DNA from: Laetmonice hystrix
Lineage: Eukaryota
Assembly (NCBI GenBank): GCA_965235115.1
Contig: OZ249436.1
Span: 39,000,001 to 39,064,000 of the forward strand
Length of the DNA stretch: 64,000 nt
Reading direction: 5' to 3'
Positions 49,901-60,900 of the stretch are shown here, one piece after another. A program made the position numbers and the translations under genes. Below the pieces are notes generated by a model. That model had not been told where the DNA came from, did not search any database, and saw nothing but the letters and a program-made list of their open reading frames with translations. How positions within the stretch are numbered: position 1 is the stretch's first letter; every line of letters starts with the position of its first letter.

Positions 49901-52900
49901 TTAATTAGATTGAAGAAAGTGTGACCTATTTGAGGGGGATGGTTCAGATGAGGAGGGGCGGTCAGCGCCCCGGTTTAAGTCGGTGATGCTGGTGGGCCAG
50001 GCTTTTGTGTATGGGACTCACCAAAGGAGGCATGCTATCCTTACTAGGGTTCTCAAGGACCCGGCTACCATCACAGACACCCTTAAAGATTCTGAGGGTG
50101 AATTGCTTGAAGGACGGAAGCATGGTGCCCTGTTCGAAGAGAGCTTTCACAAACTGCTACACCAGAAAGCAAAAGGATCCAAAGAAAACAAGGAAATTAG
50201 ACAGGAACTGGGGAGACCCGAACAGAAACAGAGACAACAGGAGGAAACCACAGGTGGGTGCGTGCCCGTTGTACCACTGTCCAAACACCATGGTCTGGAC
50301 GGACGTGTTCGAACAGTGGGACCAGTCCAGCAAGGTTATTTTTCCCCCAGCATAACAGGTGCATGTTGAGGTGTGGATCCTGGGTTTGAGATGGGCCAAT
50401 GAGAACTCTGTCGCGGTAGGGCAGAGGATCACAGTCTTCCAAGGCAATTAGTCAAAGATAACTTCGGACCCAGTAATTTTAAGGATTGTTTCAGGTCTGG
50501 AGTTGGATCTCACAAGCCTGCCCTCCCAGCAAGGGGAGCCACACTGGCCGAGGTTCTTGAAGACGGAACGAAAAAACCTACATTTGGAGATAGAAGATAT
50601 GTTAACGAATTAAGGGAGCCATAAAATTGGTGAACTCAGTAAAGGGACAGTTTTTGAGCCATTTATTCCTCAGGCCAAAGAAGGACGGGGGGTCCAGGCC
50701 AGTCTTCGATCTGAAGAAACTGAACGCCTTTGTGAAGTACGAACACTTTAAAATGGAAGGCATGGCGATGCTAGCAGACTTGTTGGAGAAGGACGACTGG
50801 ATGGTGAAATTGAACATGAAGGACGCATATTATTGTGTCCCGGTAGCAGAGAATCACAGGAAATTCCTCAGATTCAAATGGGAAGGACTCTTATACGAGT
50901 ACCAAGTGCTACCGTTCGGCCTGGCGTCAGCTCCCCGGATGTTCACAAAGTTGTTAAAACCAATAGTGGGCCTGTTGAGGAGATTGGGACTCGGGATTGT
51001 AAGTTACCTCGACGATTTCATCTTGTGCAACAAGGACAGAAAAGCTTTGACAAAAGACAGGGACACAATGATTTGGGTCTTACAGAGTCTGGGGTTTGTT
51101 CTGATTTGGAAGAAATCCCATTTGATACCCACCAGGAAATTGGAGTTTCCAGGACTAATGGTGGACTCGCAACAGATGTCCCGCAAGCTTCCTAAGAAAT
51201 AAGGAATCAGTGTGCAGAGACCTTGAGTCAAACAATGGTCAGTGTGAGAGAGTTGTCGCAATTAATCGGCAGGAGGACAAGCACTGTCAAGGCAGTGCTA
51301 CCAGCACCGTTGCACTACAGACATCTCCAAATGGACAAGACAAGATCACTGCTAAGGGGAAAACAACGTTACGAAATGCTAGTGTCTCTCTCAGAAGCAC
51401 GGAAAGAATTGAGGTGGTGAAAGGAGTCCATAGAACAAATGGACGGCAGGCGACTGATCACGCCAAGTCCAGACTTGGTAATCACAATGGATGCCTCGGA
51501 GATGACCACCTAAGGACAGTGGAACAAGGCAGAAACTGCCAAACACATAAACCTGCTCGAATTGCGAGCGGCAAGGTTTGCAATCATGGCGTTCACAAAG
51601 AAACAGGAGAACATTCACATACATGTGAAGTCGGACAACACCACGACAGTAGCCCAAATCAACAAGATGGGCGGAACGAGATCAGTGGAACTGCTGGAGG
51701 AGACCAAGGAAACGTGGTCCTTCTGTCTCATGAGAGGGGTCATAGTTACTGCGGAACACATGCCGGGGGTCCAGTACACAATAGCGGACCAGCAGTCCAG
51801 AGTTTTCCTGGACTCCAGCAACTGTAAGCTGACACAACAAGTGTTTCAGGACATCGAGACCAGATGGGGACCTTTCAAGGTAGATATGTTTGCAGACAGG
51901 ATGAACAGGCAGGTGGAGGTGTTCTACAGTTGGAAACCGGATCCTAGCGACAGCAACAGATGCATTAATTCATGATGTCATGGGGCGGCCTGAAAGGGTA
52001 TATGTTCCCATCGTTCCGTCTAATTGGCAGGTGTCTGGCAAAGATAAAGAAGTAAAAGGCGGAGATAGTGCTGATAGCTCCAACCTGACAAGCACAAATA
52101 TGGTTCCCAAAAATGTTAGGGTTGGCCAATTTTGCTACCGCCGATGAGGAATCTGCTGGAATCGCCACTAGGGGAACCGCATCCGCTTCTGGAAGTGAAC
52201 AGCCTAAGTATAGCGGGCTGGAGACGAGTGTCTGGCGTAGAAGGCCTTTCAGAGGGGGCTGCCACGCTGGTCACAAAAGCATGGAGGCGAGGCACAGCGA
52301 GCGCTTACAGTGCCCCCTGGAACAAGTGGGTTAGCTGGTGTGGTGGAAGATTAATCCACTTCAAGCTACTGTGGGACATTTGAGCAACTTTTTAGCAGAG
52401 AAGTTTGAAGAAGGGTTGGAATATTAACCTTGAATGTCTACAGATCAGCTCTCTCAGCGTTTCACCCTCCAATTGAAGGTAACAAGGTAGGGCAACATCC
52501 AGTGATTGTTAGTTTGCTGCATGGGCATTCAATGAGAAAACCTAGGTACACAGAGAGCTGGGAAGTCAGTGCATATACTGGAATGGATGAAACGATTGGG
52601 AAGAGACAGTGAACTGCCCCTTAAGACTTTGACATGGAAATTGGCCATGCTATTGGCAGTAACAGGAGCATGCAGAGGTTTGGAGCTGAGAAGCTTAAAG
52701 ATCTCTCTCATGCAGGACAAGGGACAGAGATTTGGTTCGCAACGGACAGTTTGACAAAAAACAAAAGACCCAGCAATCCGCACATAACACTGAAATGGGC
52801 TCAGTATGAAGATGATGATAGGATCGACGTGATTGGGTGTCTGAGGGAGTACATTAAGAAAACTAAAGAACTCAGAAACAATGAGGATCCTGGTGCTCAT

Positions 52901-54176
52901 CAGTCACACGAAACCACAAGGCGGTTCAGACTTGTAGGCTTACCATTGCAAGATGGCTGAAGGAGGCCATGAAGAGCGCAGACATTGACATCAACAACTA
53001 CAAAGCCCACTCTACGAGAGCAGTGGCGACCTCGAAAACTAGACAATCCAGGCTGTCAGTGGAACAAATTGCGGGGAGGGCTAACTGGACAAGAACCACC
53101 ACGTTTCACAAATTTTACAAGGATGTGCAGGCGGTAAGTGCAAACGAGTTTCAAGACAAAGTCTTGCAACTCTAAGCTTTAAACATGCACTATCATATCT
53201 ACTTCCGGGTCACGAAATGAAATTGGAAATTTCGTAAGTGCTCATAGAGCATGACATGAAATTAGAATTTCATGAGTGAGCCGGAAGTAGATATGATAAT
53301 GCATTCTCGTGTGACCAACGCCTTTTAAAGTAAAAAAAATTTCAATTTTAGCTTGTCAAAGCTTACGTAAAAGAAGCTGGCACGCTAATAAAATCGAAAA
53401 AAATCGTATGTAGATTTAACTATAGACTATGATCTATGTCTATGATTTAACGAACCTTGGCGGCTGCAGAAGAAGCGGGTTCCTCGAGAAACCGCCAGAC
53501 GGCGTTCGCACACCTTCGCGCCCTTGATTGACCAGACCAGCTTGACGTACTTGCAAAAGCGAAAGTTTCGTCCAACTCTCTCAGTGTTTCACGATGATCG
53601 ATGTATTTGCTGTAGTTAGACCAACAACAAGCCTCTATTTCGTGGTCTTCGATACCCCAGAATTTGAATTCCTTGAAGAAAATAAATGGGTTAAATCAAA
53701 CAAAATAAAATGGAACATTTTTTTTCAATTCACACAATTTTCATTGCAATGCACGCGATGAGTGCAATGTATAGGCTACTTGAATATGAGACAACTGATT
53801 GGGCCATCTTGCAGGTAACACTTCCAAAGGCACCCCGTACTTCTTTTTTTTTCAATTGGAGTCTCCTTACCGCTTTGAGCACATTTCCACACATACTGTG
53901 GTCTATGTGAAGTTCTCCCGTCCGACAATAATGCATGATGACAACAAACGCTCGAGGGTTCCGGTCAAAGAAGTATTCGTTCGTGTTGACGTCATAACTG
54001 TCGTCTGCTTCCAACAGACGCGCCAGAAGTGCCAGACGACTTCCAGGAATTGACTCCAGTGTACGTACGAACGTCTCGTGTCTACTACCACCAACATTTA
54101 ATACCAGCCGTCGATCATGATTTCCTGACTTTGAGCACAAAATCCCAATAGGCTTGTCGCCAAGAGCTTGCTCCAT
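46961..54176 (-). CDS. Voltage-gated potassium channel, Shaw/Kv3-like (divergent), ~585 aa
   Basis: Phase-consistent exons 54176-53871, 53671-53456, 49055-48775, 48544-47743 and 47113-46961. T1 domain (LNVGGSRHET, EYFFDRNP) with Zn motif HX5CX20CC (HIDHSMC..EACCW), S4 LRIVRILRIFKLMKH, pore WWALVTMTTVGYGD. The start codon and last exon are less certain. Confidence 0.93.
49428..50369 (+). pseudogene. DIRS ORF1 (gag-like), interrupted by a MITE
   Basis: Removing 49619-49921 joins ..GKRKC to DLFEGDGS..VMLVGQAF..RRHAIL..LFEESF in one frame. Confidence 0.7.
49619..49912. mobile_element. 294-bp foldback MITE with 9-bp TSD (Mutator/Merlin-like)
   Basis: TIR CAATCTAATTAAAATTAGATCTT and its inverse; AAGAAAGTG duplicated at 49610-49618 and 49913-49921. 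Confidence 0.92.
50410..52130 (+). pseudogene. DIRS reverse transcriptase - RNase H - methyltransferase-like ORF with frameshifts and stops
   Basis: ORFs 50627-51202 (YLDD), 51223-51420 and 51562-51975, plus a downstream MT-like segment. Confidence 0.92.
52250..53175 (+). pseudogene. DIRS tyrosine recombinase, frameshifted
   Basis: AWRRGTASAYSAPWNKWVSWC, YRSALSAFH, KLAMLLAVTGACR, YKAHSTRAVATS, RANW..TFHKFY. Confidence 0.9.
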
Positions 54177-55648
54177 CACGTCTATATATCCTGGTGATTA
54201 CGAAAGAGCCCTATGTGTTTTTCTGTATCGGTTAATTCGATCGACATACTCTTATTTAAAAAGAGTTCATTTCTTTATGCGTAATGAAATGCACATGATG
54301 CAGCACATTTTGGCCGACCTGGACGTTGCTGCAATGCTGGAATAAAACGTTCATCCTGATCTTGGTAGATGCAAATAGGATCTTATGGAAATAAAATGAA
54401 ACCCACGGATGCACAGTTTCGCAAGTTATTCTGGTTTGTGTTATCCTGCAGTGCAGCCACTGATGAAGATGACCATTTCTTTACTTTTGTGTGGCGCCTG
54501 TTTTTCCGTGGATGTAGACCATCGACACCTCTGGTGTAATCAGCTTATTTCCGAAGAAAACGGTCTATCCATCCTTAAATCTGAAGGCCACAATGAAGCA
54601 ATAGGCCTCAACATTATGGTCCATCTCTCCGCAGGTGTGCATTCGCTTCTGGTTGCCGAGTTGCCGATGATCTTTGAATATCTATGCATCTTGTTTTCCG
54701 TAGAGTTTTAAAGTGGGTAGGCCTATTGTGCCCGCCTATGAATTTTGTATCATTGTCGGTCGTGTGCCGTCCTGCATACTAAACGATGCAAATTATTCAT
54801 ACAGTAACCATGCCAAACATTTTACAGACTAGAGATCGGATCGATTCACTCCCCGAGTGACCGCAACGTTTACCACACACAGGCGAGACATCGTACTTGT
54901 AAAGACTAGGTCCACAACCGAAATTAATGTTTGCAAACTAGGGCTATAGATCTACGCGCCAGTGTGTAATCTTTTATTAATCTGCTGACAGCGATCGTTT
55001 ACGGAGTTTCTACATTATGCGACTATCTGATCATCGCTAAGCGCTTTAAATAAAGGCATTTATTGGCAGAAAGATGGCGAATGAAATACTGAAAAGGATA
55101 TATATGTACTGTATATATAAATAGCCCCCTAAATATTTTGCATAAATAGGTCTTAATCATTCAAATGAACGCAACCAAAATATTATTTCGAAGTCTTTAT
55201 TGTTTTTACGTAGACAATGAAGATGGTGACTTCATCAATCGAATTTTAATCACCCAATGTAACAACCCCCCCGTCTTTAATACAATGAACGTCAGTATGA
55301 CATTATGAAACGACTGTAAATGTCCAGTAGAAAGGCGCACACACTCGTGTGGTTCACACAAAGGGACGGATCTCAGGGAGGGTGAAGAGTCGAGTGGAAA
55401 CTTTTTTAACGTTGTCTTTTCTACTATAGTTTCCTTATTGTTTGGACCCACCCCCGTGCAAATGTTCCCTGTCGAATCCTCCTCAAACCGCATTGTGAGA
55501 TTTGTTAGTAACTTGCTCTAAGGTCGATGGTTTCCCCCTAATATTCCGGTAAATCTGACCGCCTTAATATGGCCCTGTTTGTTACGAAGACATAAACCCC
55601 CAAACCAACTCCCTGTCGGATTCCCCCTCACCTTTAGTCCTCGTTTTC

Positions 55649-55979
55649 CAGACTTGCCAAATCTTTTTACCTACCAAGCGGGAGAATCTCCCACTTGAGG
55701 TAATCTCGAGCGGGAGATAAACGGTACCAGTGATCAAACGTCTTGTAAATACAAGTATTAATATTCTTTTCCATAATTCATGAGGGGGCGCATGCAAAAA
55801 TACAGGCCAAAGAATAGCAGAGAGGCCACATGTGAGCACCATCAACTGTCTTTTTCTGCAAATGAATGCAGGCGGGAGATTTCAGAGGTCAGTCGGGAGA
55901 TCGGGAGATCGGGAGAAAAGGGCAAATCACCCCCAAATTCGGGAGTTCTCCCGCCTAAGCGGGAGTTTTGGCAGGTCTG
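55649..55979. mobile_element. hAT-like MITE with CGGGAG subterminal repeats
   Basis: CAGACTTGCCAAA ... TTTGGCAGGTCTG. Confidence 0.7.
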
Positions 55980-57905
55980 TTTTTTCCCCGTTGCTACCCC
56001 CCCCCCCCCCCCCCCCTTAGCTGCACAACACCCGAAATCCGCCTCCATACGGCACAAGAAGTCTACACCAGCGATGTTTACGATACCCTTTACTTCCTCA
56101 TCGATGTCATTAACAAAATACATGCATCATGTAAAAGGTCCCTGGCGAGACTCGTGTCAAAAATAGCACCTGAGAATGGTTAACTTGCCTGTTCGGGCAA
56201 CTGGATGTCTGACTGAGTGAACAGTTTACATATTACATGTGTAGGCCTACTGGTAAAAACTTGCTAGGATAATGAATGGTACGGAATAATATGGACGTCC
56301 ATTTCATTGTTTAACACGAGCCCGTTACCCTGGGCGACCTTAATGAGAAGGTCATTCCTACTTAAAATCTAGCAATAATCTATGATATTATATTTTAGTG
56401 ATAGTGATATTACAAGTAATACCTTATAGTGCCAGGGTGAGTTTATCTTGGGGGCCGGGGGCATTCCTTTTTCTTCTGCTTTCTGTGAGCCGATGTACCT
56501 AGCGTTAACATTAACTGATTATTTAAACAATTGATGCAATAAAATCATGTTATTCTTTTCCAATACAGTAGCTTTCCCCCTGCTAACACTCATTTCATAA
56601 GCTATGACCCATCTCACACCTCCCAAATGTTGGCAACAGATGTTGAGTCGACATGTCCCTTTCCGCTCCAACCGTTCCCAACTGATCAATGCCTATACAA
56701 TGTACTTTGGTACAATGTTCCTCAAACCTTGATGGATTTTCTACAACTACAATCCTCAGGTGATATATACACTTATTTGGTGGATTCTTTCTTAAACTTT
56801 ATAAATCTTGAATCTTTTGTCGATATACCCTATATACAAATTAAAATGCATAAATTATACTTTGAATTGCCGCCTTTTCGATATTTTTATAATTTATCAG
56901 TCCATGCACATTATTGCATTTTATTGTAATGTACTAATACATTCTGCGTTAAGTTGTTAGCGCAGTCATAATTATACCCATTTGCTTTGACTTTTTTCTT
57001 TTACCTCTTCTCCTCTATCCTGATCTATACTTGACATGATTGTCGACATCACTTAATCATCATAATCATCACAAGATCAGGTCAAAAAATTACTGAAATG
57101 TTGGATATTTCAAAATAATCATGATTTACTCAGCACTTACAAGGAGCACATTACCGTACCAAGACCTGCTGGATATACATTTTTTATAGATCAGACGTAT
57201 ATATATAAAGTATATATCACACATAAGAACGTCACATAATGATCATCATTACGTGGTTTTCATAACTGTTACCGACTACGGTAATAACATACATGTCATT
57301 ATAGTAAAGAGATGGTTGACAATGCTCAAGTACTAATACTCAGCGCCATCACTATTGTTAGGTGATATTCAGAACTTTTCGGTGATCGGCATGAATATAT
57401 TGATTTACAGTTGGGGTATAGCAGCAGTTCTGAAACAGCTATCGGAAGGTGCTCAACATCGAAACAAATATAATGGGGAACTTTCATACAGTTTACCGAC
57501 TATTACCTCAACTTGAGTAAATGTACATACACGTACCAAAATGGCAATAAGTTGTATAATGGATGAGTATAGCCTTTGGTACTTCAGTCTGGCGATGTCA
57601 GTGACATTAAAATAACTCCTTTTTTACCCTCAGACATATCGACACCGTCACGGTCAACGTCTCCATGTACGCCTTCATACAGGGGCACAACAAGTTTACC
57701 GTACACCAAACCCCCTAAAAAAGACGAACTCACCCAAAGTCCAATTCCAGTAAAATTATCAAAAGTTACTAATGACCCATAGGGATATTACATAGGAATC
57801 ATCTTGACAATTTGAACCCTTTCTCATGTACAACATCGGTTTAGGTTTTCAAAGAAATCAAAATGTCAACATGTACATTATTCAGAATTGTGAATATGGT
57901 AGAAA

Positions 57906-60900
57906 CTACAAGTCCTCTTTTGCTGCATCGCTTTGGGCGGTTTGAGTGACGTGAGCGGTTTGTGTGACCTTGGCGTACTGTTTTCCCAGAAAGGTGAAGA
58001 TCGACAAGAAGCTTGACCAGGATGTGTTTTCATGTTTTGGATGTCCTGAAACAGATGAAGGCAAACATTTTCTTCTGTTTACTCAACCACATGTACATTA
58101 AAAATCTTTAACTGATGTGTTCCCACATCAAAAAGGAGCAGCGACATTGAACATCGCGATAATGTCAAAGATATGGCCCTACAATCTTTCAGAGATCACT
58201 ACCTGCCGACACCAATGGACAGTCCCTACGAAAGCTGGATATCGGCGTGTCCAGTGGTTCCTCACTAGAAACCCAGTTGCATGCGGTCTGAAGAGGAAAA
58301 CAAACTATGTGTAAATCTGCCAGAGACTATTCATACAATCTATGCTTCGAATTGTTGATCGTATATGAAATTTTTGGGGAAAGTCGAAAATTAAACATGA
58401 ATCAATCAATTTAAACTCACCTCCTCGTAAAATTTAAATAAGGACTCGGGCGCCTCCTGGTGTTGTAGACTATGAACAGAATCTGTGAAGGCGATGGCAA
58501 AAACACGGAGGATGAACTCAACTTCGTGTTGGATGGCCTGAACGGAGGAAAAAAGGGCATTATCGTCCAACATTATAAACTGGTAAAAAACGGATGGCTC
58601 AGTTTTAGCATTACCACCCAGTCCTTGCTTACTCAGCACAGCTAGTGCAAAAGCCACTGTTCTATAAGCTTTCTCTGTTTACATAATTTCTAGCAAATAT
58701 AACCCAGGCAAATACAGTCAACCACCTCGGGAGCATTTTGTTAAAACGTAGTCTTTGCTTCCTACACGACACTGTAAATAACGAACTTGTGCAAATACAA
58801 GTCCCAACTAAAAGGACATAACTGACTAACTTCAGTGGGAAATCATATACATTGATTTGTATTCCCTTTAACATCACGTAAATTTCAGTTTTGAAACATT
58901 TCCAAATTGTTTGCTTTGACTCAAATGCATAAAAAATTAAAGCTGCAAAAAAATTGTGGAGATTCAAATGAGGTGGCAATACAAACCCACAAAATCAATG
59001 GTATCCATAACACTATTAACAGTGCTCTTTTTCACTGCTTACTTGATTATAATTTATAGATTCTGTGCCACACATTGCCACATCGCGAAATGAACGGTTC
59101 TTCGGCTTACTATCCTAAATGAGCCCTAAGTCTCTATTAGGGCATAAAGCCCTTGAGCCTCCCCTCAAGATGAATTATCCACATGCTAAAATATTCACGA
59201 CTTAGCAAGTATGGGGGCCGACTCTCATACTTCAAATTTGTTACATGCCAGAAATAGCTGATCCTAAGGGCTTCTATAAAAACTCTGATGTTCTGCTATC
59301 ATCCTGTCTTTGAACTGATAACTTCAGAGAGGCTGACGCATTGCCACCATTTGGAAGCCATTCTTTACCCATTCACATATAGTGAGCACGCCCTTGGATG
59401 ATAAATGAGGGACTTGAGACGCATGTGCAACGGCGCATTTCCAGTAATATCCGCGTGGCGGCACTGTCGCTCGGTCCTCTTGGCTACATTAGTATGACGT
59501 TAGATAGGACGACGAAATGCTAATCTGTGGCAGGATGTGTTTAGACTATTTGTTATTAAAAATAATAACTTGTTAGGCTTCATCATGTTGAAGAAATCCT
59601 AAACGTACCATAATATTTCATAACAAATAGCACTACGGCACCCAGCGATAGATTAGCATTTCGTCGACCTATTTAATGTCATAATAATGTGGCGTGAGGG
59701 GACTGGGTTGATAGTGCTGCCGCCATGTGGAAAAGTCGGTAACACAAGTCTCTCATTAATATCGCCACATACCAAGTTAGTGGTAACGACTCCTCCATAA
59801 CTGTGGGCAATGATGGCTATATGCTTTGCAGCTGCTTTACTTATGAAGTTGTCCCACACATAGTTGGCATGTTCCTCTGGACTACTATTATTCTATATAA
59901 AAACAAACATACAGCAACATTTCAATTATGTATATATATGTAATAAAATCCTTCACAACTCCACAACGTTCGTTCTTCAGTTATATTCTGAATGACTTCA
60001 ATAATGCATTTACTACCCCTACCCACCTCCTAAAAGAGTTGCGTATTTAAAGTCCTTCAGTATATTTAATACGTACATTACCGGTGTAACAAATCATATG
60101 TTTGAACTATTATGAACCTTGGTATGTTCTAAGTTAGTGAAACATACTAGTCTGCATACATGAACTAGTCACTAAAATATTTAGCTAACCATCCACAAGT
60201 CCAGCTTACAGGTATCGGGACTTCTGTGTCTCCCTTTTTGACATAATTGAGGTTAGTGTTGAGCACTACCACTCCGAAGCCAGCCTTCACTGCTCGCTTT
60301 ATAAATGGTAACTGTGTCCCAGAGTCGAGGCAATCATTCATGATTAACCTGCAAATACAAACACTCTTTATGATGTATGCATAAAAATCAAGACCTCACC
60401 ATATGACCAACAGTCAGTTACCATTACACAAAGACTCTTTACGAAACGAAAATTGTAGCACTATTTCTTCTCAGCATTTACCAGTCAGGCTTTTGGAAGA
60501 TTCTCTACTTAATAATTGGTACTTTTTGCAGAATACATGTACTATCAGAAAATCACAATCCTTAGACATTAAGCGATACCATAGCATAATTAACATACCT
60601 TCTGGCCCACTGCCCCGCTCGCACTACACCACTTCCATGTATCAACACCAGTAGTTTCTCTGGGTTAGTCATGGCATCATCGGACATGAAGAAGAAACTC
60701 CGAGGCTCCTCCTCTGAGCTATCTACCTGCAGGATGATGAAGGGTCACATAATTATCCTCAAAGGACATAAACCGGATCTATCACCCAAACCATGAAATC
60801 ATAAAAGGACTATCATTTGAAGCCATTGTTTTCATAATTGATGGAATTGTGAGAGTTGCTGAAACCAAAACTATAAATCAGTCCTGTTTTTAATACATGA

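Larger units (their letters stand above)
49155..53312 (+). mobile_element. DIRS-type tyrosine-recombinase retrotransposon (decayed), antisense in the K+ channel intron
   Basis: gag-like ORF, RT (LPFGLASAPRMFTK, YLDD), RNase H (HINLLELRA, SDNTTTVAQINKMGG), MT-like region (VDMFA..YMFPSF..IAP) and YR (YRSALS, KLAMLLA..R, HSTR, ANW..TFHKFY). Perfect 38-bp inverted repeat at 49155-49192 / 53185-53222. Confidence 0.95.

Noticed and set aside
51210..51827. 205-aa plus-strand ORF overlapping DIRS RNase H
   Set aside because: Alternative frame within the element with no identifiable domain; not called as a separate gene.
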